From assembly GCF_028368995.1 (NCBI RefSeq), contig NZ_JAQNDL010000001.1, positions 3,584,001-3,648,000 on the forward strand: a DNA stretch of 64,000 nucleotides, given 5' to 3'. The stretch's first letter is position 1. Each line of letters begins with the position of its first letter. This DNA comes from Nannocystis bainbridge. Lineage in GTDB: Bacteria; Myxococcota_A; Polyangia; Nannocystales; Nannocystaceae. Below are positions 1 through 9,292 of the stretch, one piece after another. The notes under the pieces were generated by a model. It was not told the origin of the DNA and made no database searches. It was given only the letters and a program-made list of their open reading frames with translations. A program made the translations under genes and the position numbers.

Positions 1-132
1 GCCGTCCTCCGCGCTGTCGGCGTCGAGCACGGTGGCGCCCTCGCCCTCGAGCACCATGCGGAGCGTGCGACGGATGTTGCGCTCGTCGTCGATGACGAGG
101 ATCGTCCCGTCCAGGGCCGTGGTCTCGCTCAT
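1..132 (-). CDS. Response regulator receiver domain (NtrC-like), N-terminal part; runs off the window edge
   Basis: Manual translation from ATG at 132: MSETTALDGTILVIDDERNIRRTLRMVLEGEG, a typical REC N-terminus. Confidence 0.8.
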   Translation of the reverse strand, partial: MSETTALDGTILVIDDERNIRRTLRMVLEGEGATVLDADSAEDG

Positions 133-365
133 GCGGGCCCGATCCTAGCACCGCCGGCGGCGGCCTCGCCCCGCCCGCGAGAGCGCCCGCGACGACCGCC
201 AGCGACGGTGTCGCTTTGAAGTGCGCGGCGCCCGCAGCGTGGCTCGCACCGCGAATCTCGAATCATCGCGCGGCGCGTCGTCGCTCCGCGCTCGCAGCAG
301 CCTCTCTGCGCACGCCGCGGTCTGCTCGAACTCACCGCGCAAGCAGCGAGCTGCGGGTCCTCGCC

Positions 366-498
366 TCGCTCGCGCGTGGGCGTCGCGCCTCTACGGGCGC
401 TCGCCCACGCTGCGAACGGAGTCACTGACGCATCGCTCGCGCGTGGGCGTCGCGCCTCTACGGGCGCTCGCCCACGCTGCGAACGGGAGTCACTGACG
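366..498. repeat. Two near-identical ~65-bp palindromic (REP-like) units in tandem
   Basis: tcgctcgcgcgtgggcgtcgcgcctctacgggcgctcgcccacgctgcgaacgg(g)agtcactgacg at 366-430 and 433-498; internal stem gcgtgggcg...cgcccacgc. Confidence 0.9.
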
Positions 499-1977
499 GA
501 TCAGCGCGCGCACTGCTTCGCCGGCGCCGTCGAGCGCGACGCGCTCCTGCGTGCCGCTGGCCAGGTGCTTGAGCGTGACCTGCCCGGCCTTGAGCTCCTC
601 GCCGCCGACGATCGCCGCGACGGGGGCCTTCACGCCGGGCGCGTCGGCGTACTGCAGCTGCTTGCCGAGCTTGGCGTCCTCCGGGAACACCTCGACCTTG
701 AGGCCCTGCCGGCGCAGCGCGTGCGCCACTCGCAGCGCCTCGACCCGCGGCGTGCCCTCCATCCAGCACAGCAGCACGTCTGGCCCGATGGACAGGTTGG
801 GGAACATCCCGCGCTCCTCCATGACCACGAGGATCCGCTCGAGCCCGAGCGAGAACCCGACCGCCGGCACCTGCTTCTTGCCGAACATGCCGACCAGTTC
901 GTCGTAGCGCCCGCCGCCGCCGAGGCTGCCCGCGAGGTCCGGCACCGCGATCTCGAAGATCGCGCCGGTGTAGTAGCCGAGCCCGCGCGCGAGATCGAGG
1001 CTGATCTGGACGTGCGGCCCCGCCGGCGTCGCCGCCAGCAGGTCGAACAGCTCGTCCAGCTCGTCGAGCGCCTTGAGCCCGCGCTCGTCGGTGATCTGCT
1101 TGCGCACCCGGTGGATCGGCGTCTTCACGCCCTGGGCGATCTGGTTGAGATCGAAGCCGAACAGCGCCTCCCCGTCGGCGGTGAGCACGAGCATCATCAA
1201 CTTGTTGGCCGCCTCGGTGCCGATGCCCCGCGTCGCCAGCTCGGCGAGCACGCCGCCGTGGCCGAGCTTGTCGAGCTTGTCGAGCGCCACCAGAGCCGCC
1301 GCCTCGTGGGCCAGGTCGATGCCGGCGTGGTGCATCATCGCCCGCAGCAGCTGGCGGTGGTTGACGCGGATCTTGAAGTCGGTGAACCCGAGCGCGTGCA
1401 GCACCTCGGCGACCGCGCCGCACACCTCGGCCTCGGCGACCAGAGAGCTCGTGCCGGTGACGTCGACGTCGCACTGGTAGAACTCGCGGAACCGGCCCTT
1501 GCCCGGGCGATCGGCCCGCCACACCGGCTGGATCTGGTAGCGCTTGAAATACTTGGGGAGGTCGTACTGCGCCGCCACGCGGGCCAGCGGCACGGTGAGG
1601 TCGTAGCGCAGCCCCTGGTCGGCGAGCTGCCCCTCGTAGGCCCGCACGTCAGCCCGCGACTCGCGGTTCGCGTCGTCGCCCGCCGCCGCGCGCGCCTCGT
1701 CCGAAAGCCCGGCCACCAGCTTGGCCCCCGCCTCGAGCCCGCGCTGGAGCGCGTCGCGCCGGTGCAGCAGGCGATACAGCAGCTGGTCGCCCTCCTCGCC
1801 GTACTTGCCGAGCAAGGTGCTGAGGTTCTCGATCGCGGGGGTCTCGAGCGGGACGAACCCGTAGCTGCCGTAGATCCGGCGGACCACGTCGATGACGTGC
1901 TGTCGCCGCGCGATGTCGGCGGGCAAGAAGTCACGCATGCCGCTCGGCGGCTTGGTGGAGAGCTTGGGGGCGTTCAT
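490..1977 (-). CDS. hisS: Histidine--tRNA ligase
   Basis: PSGMRDFLP, LRYDLTVPLAR, WRADRPGKGRFREFYQCDVD, LARGLGYYTG, GGGRYD, GFSLGLER; start set at MNAPK. Confidence 0.97.
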   Translation of the reverse strand: MNAPKLSTKPPSGMRDFLPADIARRQHVIDVVRRIYGSYGFVPLETPAIENLSTLLGKYGEEGDQLLYRLLHRRDALQRGLEAGAKLVAGLSDEARAAAGDDANRESRADVRAYEGQLADQGLRYDLTVPLARVAAQYDLPKYFKRYQIQPVWRADRPGKGRFREFYQCDVDVTGTSSLVAEAEVCGAVAEVLHALGFTDFKIRVNHRQLLRAMMHHAGIDLAHEAAALVALDKLDKLGHGGVLAELATRGIGTEAANKLMMLVLTADGEALFGFDLNQIAQGVKTPIHRVRKQITDERGLKALDELDELFDLLAATPAGPHVQISLDLARGLGYYTGAIFEIAVPDLAGSLGGGGRYDELVGMFGKKQVPAVGFSLGLERILVVMEERGMFPNLSIGPDVLLCWMEGTPRVEALRVAHALRRQGLKVEVFPEDAKLGKQLQYADAPGVKAPVAAIVGGEELKAGQVTLKHLASGTQERVALDGAGEAVRALIRQ

Positions 1978-2124
1978 GAGGTAGCGGAGGCGCAGCGGTC
2001 GGCTCGCCCGCTCATTGCCATGCCAGGACTGTGCCGCCGGCGCAAGACCGTCGCGCCCCGCGCGGTTGTGTGCCAAACAGGAAGCCGTGGGGCCCCGATC
2101 GAACCAGCCGCGCGAGCCGCCCCG

Positions 2125-2345
2125 CGTTTTTCACCCGGTCAGCGACGACGTGGGCCAGAGCGGCCTGCAGTGCTCCGTGATCCACCTCCTGCTCGACCTG
2201 CTCGGCGATTACTTCGCGGCCAGGCAGCGCGAGGTGTTCGTCGGGGCCAACCAGTTTTTTTACTACCGGCAGGGTGACCCACGCTCGGTGGTCGCGCCCG
2301 ACGTGAGCGCCGGCTGAGAGACCTGGGAGCGGCGGGCAACGGGCC
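2125..2345 (+). pseudogene. Probable truncated Uma2/DUF820 family endonuclease remnant
   Basis: QSGLQCSVIHLLLDLLGDYFAARQREVFVGANQFFYYRQGDPRSVVAPDV, then a stop; a TWER-like segment follows directly. Confidence 0.6.
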
Positions 2346-2482
2346 GAGCTGGCCGCGATCCGCGGCGGCTGAGCTGCCCTTTCAGCCAGGTCGATTGCCG
2401 TGAGGTCGCCGCGCGGCCTGTCCTTCAAGACATGCCGCAACGGCGACCCGACAGACCTGGCCTTTCAGCCAGGCCCGCAGGC

Positions 2483-5400
2483 TCACGCCTTTGTCAGCGT
2501 GATCGCCACCGGCTCGTCGTCGATCGTGTCCTCGAGGACATGTTCGCCCGCCAGCGCCGTCTCCGGACCTACCACTTGCAGCGCGTCCGCGCGGGTCTCG
2601 CTGCGGATCTCCGCCGCGTGGGTCGCGTCGGCCAGGGCTGCCGCCAGCTCGCCGCTGCAGCGGAAGGTCACCACGATGCGCTCGTTCATCTCGAGGTCGT
2701 GGTCGCGCCGGAGGTCCTGCACGCGCTTCGTCAGCTCGCGGGCCAGGCCCTTGCGGCGCAGCGCCGGGGTCTGGGTGGTGTCGAGCACCACCGTCACCCC
2801 GGCCTCGTGCGCGACCACCAGGCCCGGACGCGGCGTGCGGGTCAGCAGCACGTCCTCGAGGCCGAGCGCCTCGCCCTCGACCTCGACGCGGCCCTCGGCG
2901 AGGAACCGGCGCAGGGCCGCCTGGTCGAGCGTCTGCACCGCCGCCGCGACCGCCTTCATCTTGCCGCCGAGGCGCTTGCCCAGCGTCTTGAAGTTGGCCT
3001 TGGCGCCGAGCTCGACCAGCGCGCTGTCGTCGGCCGAGGCCGCGACCTCCTCGACGTTGAGCTCGCCCTTGAGCTCCTCCTGCACCGCCGGGTCAGCGAA
3101 GCGGGCCAGCTCCTCCGCGCGCTCGTGCACGATCGTCAGCCGCGCCAGCGGCCGGCGCACGTTGATGCGCTCGCGCTCGCGCAGGCCGAGGCCGAGGCCG
3201 ACGACCTGGCGCTGGGCCGCGACCTCGCGCTCGAGCGCCTCGTCGCGGGCGAACGCGGCGGCCTCGGGGAAGCGGGTGAAGTGCACGCTCTCCTCGCCGG
3301 CCGCCGCCAGGCCCGCGTCGACCACCAGCCGCTGATAAAGATGCTCGGTGAAGAACGGCATCACCGGCGCCATCGCCCGCGCGATCGTCACCAGCGCCCG
3401 GTAGAGCGTCGCGTAGGCGCGCTGCTTGTCGACATCGGCCGGGTTGTTGGCGCGCCAGTAGCGACGCCGGCCGCGGCGGATGTACCAGTTGTTGAGGTCG
3501 TCGCAGATCTCGAGGAAATGCGGGACCAGGTTGGACAGCTCGTAGGCCTCGTACTCGCGGGTGAGGTTGTCGAGGAAGCCGCCGACGCGCGAGGTGATCC
3601 AGCGGTCGAGCGGGTGCTCGAGCGGCTGCGCCTCGAGGTCGGCGGCCGTCGGCGCCCAGCCGTCGGCCAGCGCGTAGGTGGTGAGGAAGTAGTACGCGCT
3701 CCACAGCGGCAAGATCGCCAGGCGGACCGTGTCCTTGACGCACTCGCCGGTCAGGTCGTTGGCGTCCCGGCCGAACTTCATCGGCTCGCCGCGGACCACC
3801 GCGCTGTTGATCAGGTAGGCGCGCAGGGCGTCGGCGCCGAAGCTGTCGATCACGCCCGCCGGGTCCGGGTAGTTCTTGAGCCGCTTCGACATCTTCTTGC
3901 CGTCGGCGGCGAGGATCAGCCCGTTGACGATCACGTTCTTGAACGCCGGCCGGCCGAACAGCGCAGTCGAAAGCACGTGCAGGGTGTAGAACCACCCGCG
4001 GGTCTGATCGAGGCCCTCGGCGATGAAGTCGGCCGGCAGGTTGTCCTCGACGTAGGCCCGCTTGTCGGCGTCGAACGGGTAGTGGTTCTGCGAGTAGGGC
4101 ATGCTGCCCGACTCGAACCAGCAGTCGAAGACCTCGGAGATCCGTCGGTAGGTGCCGCCGCCCGGCGCGGGCCAGCGGATGCCGTCGACGTTCTCGCGGT
4201 GGAGGTCGACGAGGCTGCCGGGGTCGAGGCCGGCGAGGCGCTCGAGCTCGCCGACGCTGCCGATGCAGATCATGTCCGCGGGGTCGCGATCGTTGCGCCA
4301 CACCGGCAGCGGCGTGCCCCAGTAGCGGTTGCGGCTGAGGTTCCAGTCGCGCGCGTTCTCCAGCCAGTTGCCGAACCGGCCGCTGCCGACGTGCTCGGGG
4401 ACCCACCGGATCTTCTTGTTGTTGGCGACCAGCTCGTCGCGCATGCCCTCCACGCGCATGAACCACGTCGAGAGCGCCATGTAGATCAGCGGCTGCTCGG
4501 TGCGGTAGCAGTGCGGGTACGGGTGGACGATCGTGTCCTGGTCGACGACCTTGTGCTCGCGCTTGAGGCGGTCGACGATCGGCTTGTCGGCGTCCTTGAC
4601 GAACAGGCCGGAGAACTCGCCGACGCGGTCGTCGAAGATGCCCGAGAGGTTGACCGGGCAGACGATCGGCAGGCCGTTGGCCTGGCCGACCTGGTAGTCG
4701 TCCTCGCCGAACGCCGGGGCCTGGTGGACGATGCCGGTGCCGCTGTCGGTCGACACGTAGGTCGCGCCGAGCACCTTGAAGCACCAGCGCCCGCCGTCAG
4801 GCCGCTCGCGCAGCTCGGCGAAGAACGGCAGCAGCGGCGCGTAGGGGCGGCCGACCAGGTCCTTGCCCTTGAGGCGCGCGAGCTCCTCGGTGGCGCCGAC
4901 GCGGCCGCGCTGCTGGTAGTCGGCGAGGCGACCGGGCTCGAGGTACGCGACCTCGCCGGTGTCGACCACGCGGACTTTGACGTAGTCGATGTCGGGGTGG
5001 ACCGCGAGCGCCAGGTTGCTCGGCAAGGTCCACGGGGTCGTGGTCCACGCCCACAGGTTCGCGTCCTCGTCCTCGAGGCGGAAGCGGACCGTGAGGCTCG
5101 GGTCCTGGCGCCGCTTGTGGCCCTCCTTGCGGGTCACCGGGTCCTTCTCTTGCGGGCCCTGGGCGACCTCGAAGTTGGACAGCGGGGTGCCCAGCGCCGG
5201 CGACACCGGCTGGACGCGGTAGCCCTCGTAGATGAGGCCCTTCTGCCACAGCTGGCCGAAGCACCACCACACGGACTCCATGAACGTGAAGTCCATGGTC
5301 TTGTAGTCGTCGCGGAAATCGACCCATCGGCCCATGCGACCGACGACCTTCTCCCACTCGGAGGTGAAGCGGAGGACGCCGGCGCGGCAGGCCGCGTTGA

Positions 5401-5785
5401 ACTGCGGCACGCCGTAGCCCTCGATGTCCGCCTTGCCGTGGAGGCCGAGCTCGCCCTCGACGAGGCTCTCGATCGGCAGGCCGTGGCAGTCCCAGCCGAA
5501 CCGGCGCTCGACGCTCCGCCCGCGCATGAACCAGAACCGCGGCACGATGTCCTTGATCGTGCCGGCCAGGAGATGGCCGTAGTGAGGAAGCCCGGTGGCG
5601 AACGGCGGGCCGTCGTAGAACACGAACGCGGGCCGGTCCGAGCCGTCGGCGCGCGTGGTGGTGCGCAAACTCTTGCCCTCGATGTCCCCGTCGCGCCAAA
5701 ATTGGAGGATCTCCTGCTCGAGGCGCGGGAGGTCGAGCTGCGAATTGGGCCTCAAGAACGGGGAAGCGGGCTTCGGGGCGGACAT
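2483..5785 (-). CDS. ileS: Isoleucine--tRNA ligase, type 2 (IleRS2-like)
   Basis: FYDGPPFATGLPHYGH, GWDCHGLP, WTTTPWTLPSN, EGLDQTRGWF, KMSKR; long C-terminus without the type-1 Zn finger. Confidence 0.96.
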   Translation of the reverse strand: MSAPKPASPFLRPNSQLDLPRLEQEILQFWRDGDIEGKSLRTTTRADGSDRPAFVFYDGPPFATGLPHYGHLLAGTIKDIVPRFWFMRGRSVERRFGWDCHGLPIESLVEGELGLHGKADIEGYGVPQFNAACRAGVLRFTSEWEKVVGRMGRWVDFRDDYKTMDFTFMESVWWCFGQLWQKGLIYEGYRVQPVSPALGTPLSNFEVAQGPQEKDPVTRKEGHKRRQDPSLTVRFRLEDEDANLWAWTTTPWTLPSNLALAVHPDIDYVKVRVVDTGEVAYLEPGRLADYQQRGRVGATEELARLKGKDLVGRPYAPLLPFFAELRERPDGGRWCFKVLGATYVSTDSGTGIVHQAPAFGEDDYQVGQANGLPIVCPVNLSGIFDDRVGEFSGLFVKDADKPIVDRLKREHKVVDQDTIVHPYPHCYRTEQPLIYMALSTWFMRVEGMRDELVANNKKIRWVPEHVGSGRFGNWLENARDWNLSRNRYWGTPLPVWRNDRDPADMICIGSVGELERLAGLDPGSLVDLHRENVDGIRWPAPGGGTYRRISEVFDCWFESGSMPYSQNHYPFDADKRAYVEDNLPADFIAEGLDQTRGWFYTLHVLSTALFGRPAFKNVIVNGLILAADGKKMSKRLKNYPDPAGVIDSFGADALRAYLINSAVVRGEPMKFGRDANDLTGECVKDTVRLAILPLWSAYYFLTTYALADGWAPTAADLEAQPLEHPLDRWITSRVGGFLDNLTREYEAYELSNLVPHFLEICDDLNNWYIRRGRRRYWRANNPADVDKQRAYATLYRALVTIARAMAPVMPFFTEHLYQRLVVDAGLAAAGEESVHFTRFPEAAAFARDEALEREVAAQRQVVGLGLGLRERERINVRRPLARLTIVHERAEELARFADPAVQEELKGELNVEEVAASADDSALVELGAKANFKTLGKRLGGKMKAVAAAVQTLDQAALRRFLAEGRVEVEGEALGLEDVLLTRTPRPGLVVAHEAGVTVVLDTTQTPALRRKGLARELTKRVQDLRRDHDLEMNERIVVTFRCSGELAAALADATHAAEIRSETRADALQVVGPETALAGEHVLEDTIDDEPVAITLTKA

Positions 5786-5975
5786 ACGGCCTGACTGCCT
5801 GCATGGCTCGCCCGCGGCCACAGGTCAAGTCCCCGCCGCGGGCGCGGCGAGGACGCCCTGCGCGCCGTGAAACCCGACCGGCTTCGGACCCGTCTCAGGC
5901 AAGCCTGCCGCGACGTTGTCGACACGCTCACGGCTGGGTATCCTGTCCCTCACCCCTCGCGAGGCCCTCCGGACC

Positions 5976-7112
5976 ATGACCATGAAACACCTCACTTCCG
6001 CTCTCTTCCTCGTCGCCCTCACGGGCGCGGCCTGCGGCGACGACACCAACGCCACCACCGACTCGGGCGGCGATGCAGAGCGCAAGCCCCAGGTCGGCGA
6101 GTGGAAGAAGGAGGTCGACGCGCTGCCGTTCCCGCTGAGCGGCGACGCCCGGATCACGACGCTGACGATCGGCCGCAAGGAGTACGACGAGAACTTCGCC
6201 AACCGCGGCAACATCGAGGTCCTGTTCGATCACCCCGAAGAGACGATCACCATCGAGACCCGCAAGTACGTGTTCGGCGACAGCATCGACCGCGATAACA
6301 CGTTCGACAAGCTGTCGCTGTGGGCCTTCGTCAGCTCGGGCAACCCGACCAAGCCCGAGTCGCAGTCCGACGCCACGGACTGCTCCTCGAACACGTGGAA
6401 GGACAACTGCGCGATCTTCGCCTACTACGACGGCAAGTCGCAGCCCGAGCGCTCCGGCATGGACTTCCGCGTCCACCTGCCGACCGGCTACCGCGGCAAG
6501 CTGTTCGTCAGCACCGAAGACAACACCACCGAGCAGTCGTACCCGCGCCGCGGCAACATCACGATCGACAACCTCTGCACCCACGGCGACGTGGCGATGG
6601 AGGCCGGCTGGGCCAAGATCAAGATGTGCCGCGAGCTGACGCCGGCGCCGGCCTGTCCGCCCGCGGGCATCGCGGACTGCGAGAATTGGGCCGAGGGCGC
6701 GTGGTCCAAGGACTGCCAGTGCGGCGACGGCAGCCTGTTCGGCCAGCTGATCGTGCGGGCGCCCCAGCCGTGGGCGGCCAACATCACGATCGACATCCCG
6801 GAGACGGTGTGGATGAACACCACGCTGAAGAACACCGAGGTGATGAAGCCGCACGACTGCAAGCCGACGATCACGGCCTGCAACGGCGCCAACTGCGTCG
6901 ACAACACCGACGACGTGTACTCGCCGTCGGCCGAGTTCAACTACCCGAGCAAGGAAGCTCCGTCGGGCGCCGGCTTCAACGTCACCGTCGAGAGCGGCGG
7001 CTGCACCAAGATCCCGTTCGTCGACGACCCGAAGAAGTGGAAGCCGGAGAGCGAGGGCGAGCCGGGCGAGGAGCTGCGCGGCCTGCTCGACGTCTGCAGC
7101 GGCTGCCTGTGA
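5976..7112 (+). CDS. Cys-rich lipoprotein of unknown function
   Basis: Lipobox GAAC; strong coding bias; many Cys. Confidence 0.8.
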   Translation: MTMKHLTSALFLVALTGAACGDDTNATTDSGGDAERKPQVGEWKKEVDALPFPLSGDARITTLTIGRKEYDENFANRGNIEVLFDHPEETITIETRKYVFGDSIDRDNTFDKLSLWAFVSSGNPTKPESQSDATDCSSNTWKDNCAIFAYYDGKSQPERSGMDFRVHLPTGYRGKLFVSTEDNTTEQSYPRRGNITIDNLCTHGDVAMEAGWAKIKMCRELTPAPACPPAGIADCENWAEGAWSKDCQCGDGSLFGQLIVRAPQPWAANITIDIPETVWMNTTLKNTEVMKPHDCKPTITACNGANCVDNTDDVYSPSAEFNYPSKEAPSGAGFNVTVESGGCTKIPFVDDPKKWKPESEGEPGEELRGLLDVCSGCL

Positions 7113-7140
7113 TCGCCTGACCCTCGGGACAGGTCCCAGC

Positions 7141-7178
7141 GAGCGCGTCGCCCCCAGGCGGCGCGCTCTTCGCTTTCT
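7141..7178 (+). terminator. Probable Rho-independent terminator
   Basis: Stem gagcgcgtcgcc/ggcggcgcgctc followed by ttcgctttct, between convergent genes. Confidence 0.6.
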
Positions 7179-7252
7179 CGTCGGAGGTCATTTAGTAGCG
7201 AGACGGGACGTCGCCTCGCCGCGAATCTCTGTCCCGAAGGACAGGCGCGACC

Positions 7253-8302
7253 TCACCGCTCGGGCAGCGCCGCGATCGCCTCGGCGTGGCGGCCCTCGCC
7301 GACCACGTAGATCATCTCGGTGTTGCGCAGGTGGCTGACGCGGCCGACCTTCTCGCCGCGCGGGCTGTAGATCCCGATCTGGGCCCCGACGTAGCGCTTG
7401 TAGTCGAACGAAAGCACCCGCACCGGACCACGGCGGGCCAGCAGCGCCTCCAGCTCGGGGCGGCTCAGGTAGCCCTCGTCGCTGAACGAGACCACCATCA
7501 GCGGCGCTCGCACGGCGTCGATCAGCGCCTCCATGCTGGCGCGGATCTTGGTGCGGGCGTTGAACGGGCTGCGGCGCTCCTGGCAGTCGATGCGCTTGCG
7601 CGCGATCCCGTAGGCCTCGGGCGCGTCGCCGCGCACGATCGTCTCCCACACGTGGTAGTTGCCGAGGTACGAGTGTTGATTGTAGGGCGGGTCGAGGTAG
7701 GCGAGGTCGGCCTCGAGCACCGCCGCTGCCGCGACCGCGTCGAGCCCGTGCGCCTGGCCTTTCCCCCATGTCGCGCGGGACAGGACCTCCGGGACACGCA
7801 GCTCGAGGTCGCCGTGGGCGCGGGCGGCCCACGACTTGAGGTAGGCCATCTGCACGCCGGTGGTCGAGTCGACGCGGTCGGCGGCCTCGATGAGGGCGAC
7901 CAGCAGCACCGCCTCGAGCTCGGGCGCCAGGCCCTTGGCGGCGATCGCCCGGCGGATGGCGTCGATGCGGGCCCCGTTCTTCGGCTGGAAGAAGCGGGCC
8001 TCCTCGCAGAACGTGCGGGTCACGTAGCCGGGCTCGCCGGGCAGGGCGTTGAACTCGGTGACCAGGCGGCGGACATCCTCGACCACGTCCTCGCGGTCGG
8101 CCTCGACGTAGCAGCGGGCCAGCGTCTCCGCGTACTTGTTGTGGTCGTTGGCGAGCACGCGGTAGCCCGCGGCCTTGAGCGCGTGCCCGACCCGAGATGT
8201 CCCGGAGAACAGGTCGATCACCGTGCGGACCTCGGGCAGGCCGCGCACGATTCGCAAGATCTGCGGGATCAGCAGCCGCTTCGAGCCGAGGTACTTGATC
8301 AC
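7253..8302 (-). CDS. Orphan DNA adenine methyltransferase (D12 class, M.NlaIII/M.HpyI-like)
   Basis: YLGSK, DLFSGT (SAM binding), AND, YLDPPYN (m6A catalytic); GTG start overlaps the cpoB stop (GTGA). Confidence 0.9.
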   Translation of the reverse strand: MIKYLGSKRLLIPQILRIVRGLPEVRTVIDLFSGTSRVGHALKAAGYRVLANDHNKYAETLARCYVEADREDVVEDVRRLVTEFNALPGEPGYVTRTFCEEARFFQPKNGARIDAIRRAIAAKGLAPELEAVLLVALIEAADRVDSTTGVQMAYLKSWAARAHGDLELRVPEVLSRATWGKGQAHGLDAVAAAAVLEADLAYLDPPYNQHSYLGNYHVWETIVRGDAPEAYGIARKRIDCQERRSPFNARTKIRASMEALIDAVRAPLMVVSFSDEGYLSRPELEALLARRGPVRVLSFDYKRYVGAQIGIYSPRGEKVGRVSHLRNTEMIYVVGEGRHAEAIAALPER

Positions 8303-9258
8303 TTCTTCTTGGTGCTCTTGGCCGGCGCCGGAGCCGGCTCCTTGGCCGCCGGCTTCTGCGTCTCCTGCACCCCGAGCTTGGCGGCGGCGCCGGAGTTGGC
8401 GTCCTCGCGGTCGAAGCAGAGGTCGCCGTTGTCCCGCTTGAGCAGGTCGATCTGGTCCTTCGCCGCCTTCTGGTACTGCGCCGGCGCGGTCGACTTGGGC
8501 CGGTTCAGCGCCTCGAAGTAGGCGATCGCGTTCTTGCACTGGCCGAGCTTGGCGAACCCGAGGCCCGAGTAGTAGAGCGCGTCGCTGACGACCGGCGCCT
8601 CGGCGTGGTCCTGGATGATCTTGTAGAAGATGCCGAGGGCGCTCTTGTAATCGCGCTCGCTGTAGAACGTCAGGCCGACCTTGAAGTCGGCGTCGGGCAG
8701 CTTGGGGTCGCCCGGGTAGCGCGAGATGAAGGTGCGGAACAGGGTGCGCGCCTGCTTGAAGTCCTTGCGCTGCAGCCGGCGGTCGGCCTCGGCCCACAGC
8801 TCGTCCTTGCCCTCGGGGATGTTGGTCGCCTCGTTGAGCTTCTCTTCGAGCTTCTTGAGCCGCTCGTCGATGTCGGCGCGCAGCTCGAGCAGCGCCTGCT
8901 GGGTCGACGACGCCACCAGCTCGGCGTTCTCGGTCGACCCGCGCAGCTGCTGGGTGTCCTGCTCGACGACGTCCATGCGCACGCCGATGCCGGCCTGGCT
9001 GCCGCGCAGCAGCGCCTCGGCCTGGTCGAGCTTGGCTTGCAGCTCGGCGAGCTTCGTGTCGGCCTCGACGACCTTCTCGTCGAGCTCCTTGCTGCGATCG
9101 ATCGTCTGGGTCTCGATCTTGTCGACCTTCTTGGCGAGGTCGTCGTGTTCGGCTTTGAGGGTGAGGCAGCCTGGCGCGACGAGAGCGGCCGCGAGCAGGC
9201 TCGCGACCGCCCTTGGGCGTCCGAGGCCGCCGAGGAGTCGGCGGCGCGGGTTCATCAT
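8299..9258 (-). CDS. cpoB: Tol-Pal-associated coiled-coil/TPR protein (CpoB/YbgF-like), lipoprotein
   Basis: Lipoprotein signal (APGC), coiled coil, TPR FISRYPGDPKLPDADF; directly downstream of a Pal-like gene. Confidence 0.8.
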   Translation of the reverse strand: MMNPRRRLLGGLGRPRAVASLLAAALVAPGCLTLKAEHDDLAKKVDKIETQTIDRSKELDEKVVEADTKLAELQAKLDQAEALLRGSQAGIGVRMDVVEQDTQQLRGSTENAELVASSTQQALLELRADIDERLKKLEEKLNEATNIPEGKDELWAEADRRLQRKDFKQARTLFRTFISRYPGDPKLPDADFKVGLTFYSERDYKSALGIFYKIIQDHAEAPVVSDALYYSGLGFAKLGQCKNAIAYFEALNRPKSTAPAQYQKAAKDQIDLLKRDNGDLCFDREDANSGAAAKLGVQETQKPAAKEPAPAPAKSTKKK

Positions 9259-9292
9259 GGAGTCTTTCGGGTACCGTGCGGGACGGTGAGCG

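Noticed and set aside
366-498. Mini-CRISPR or tRNA
   Set aside because: The units are adjacent with a 2-bp gap; no cloverleaf, TTC loop or CCA
7253-8302. Restriction-modification system
   Set aside because: No endonuclease adjacent; the Uma2 remnant is 5 kb away and broken
7253-8797. 514-aa methylase with an N-terminal extension
   Set aside because: The extension is an off-frame overlap with cpoB; the real start is GTG at 8302
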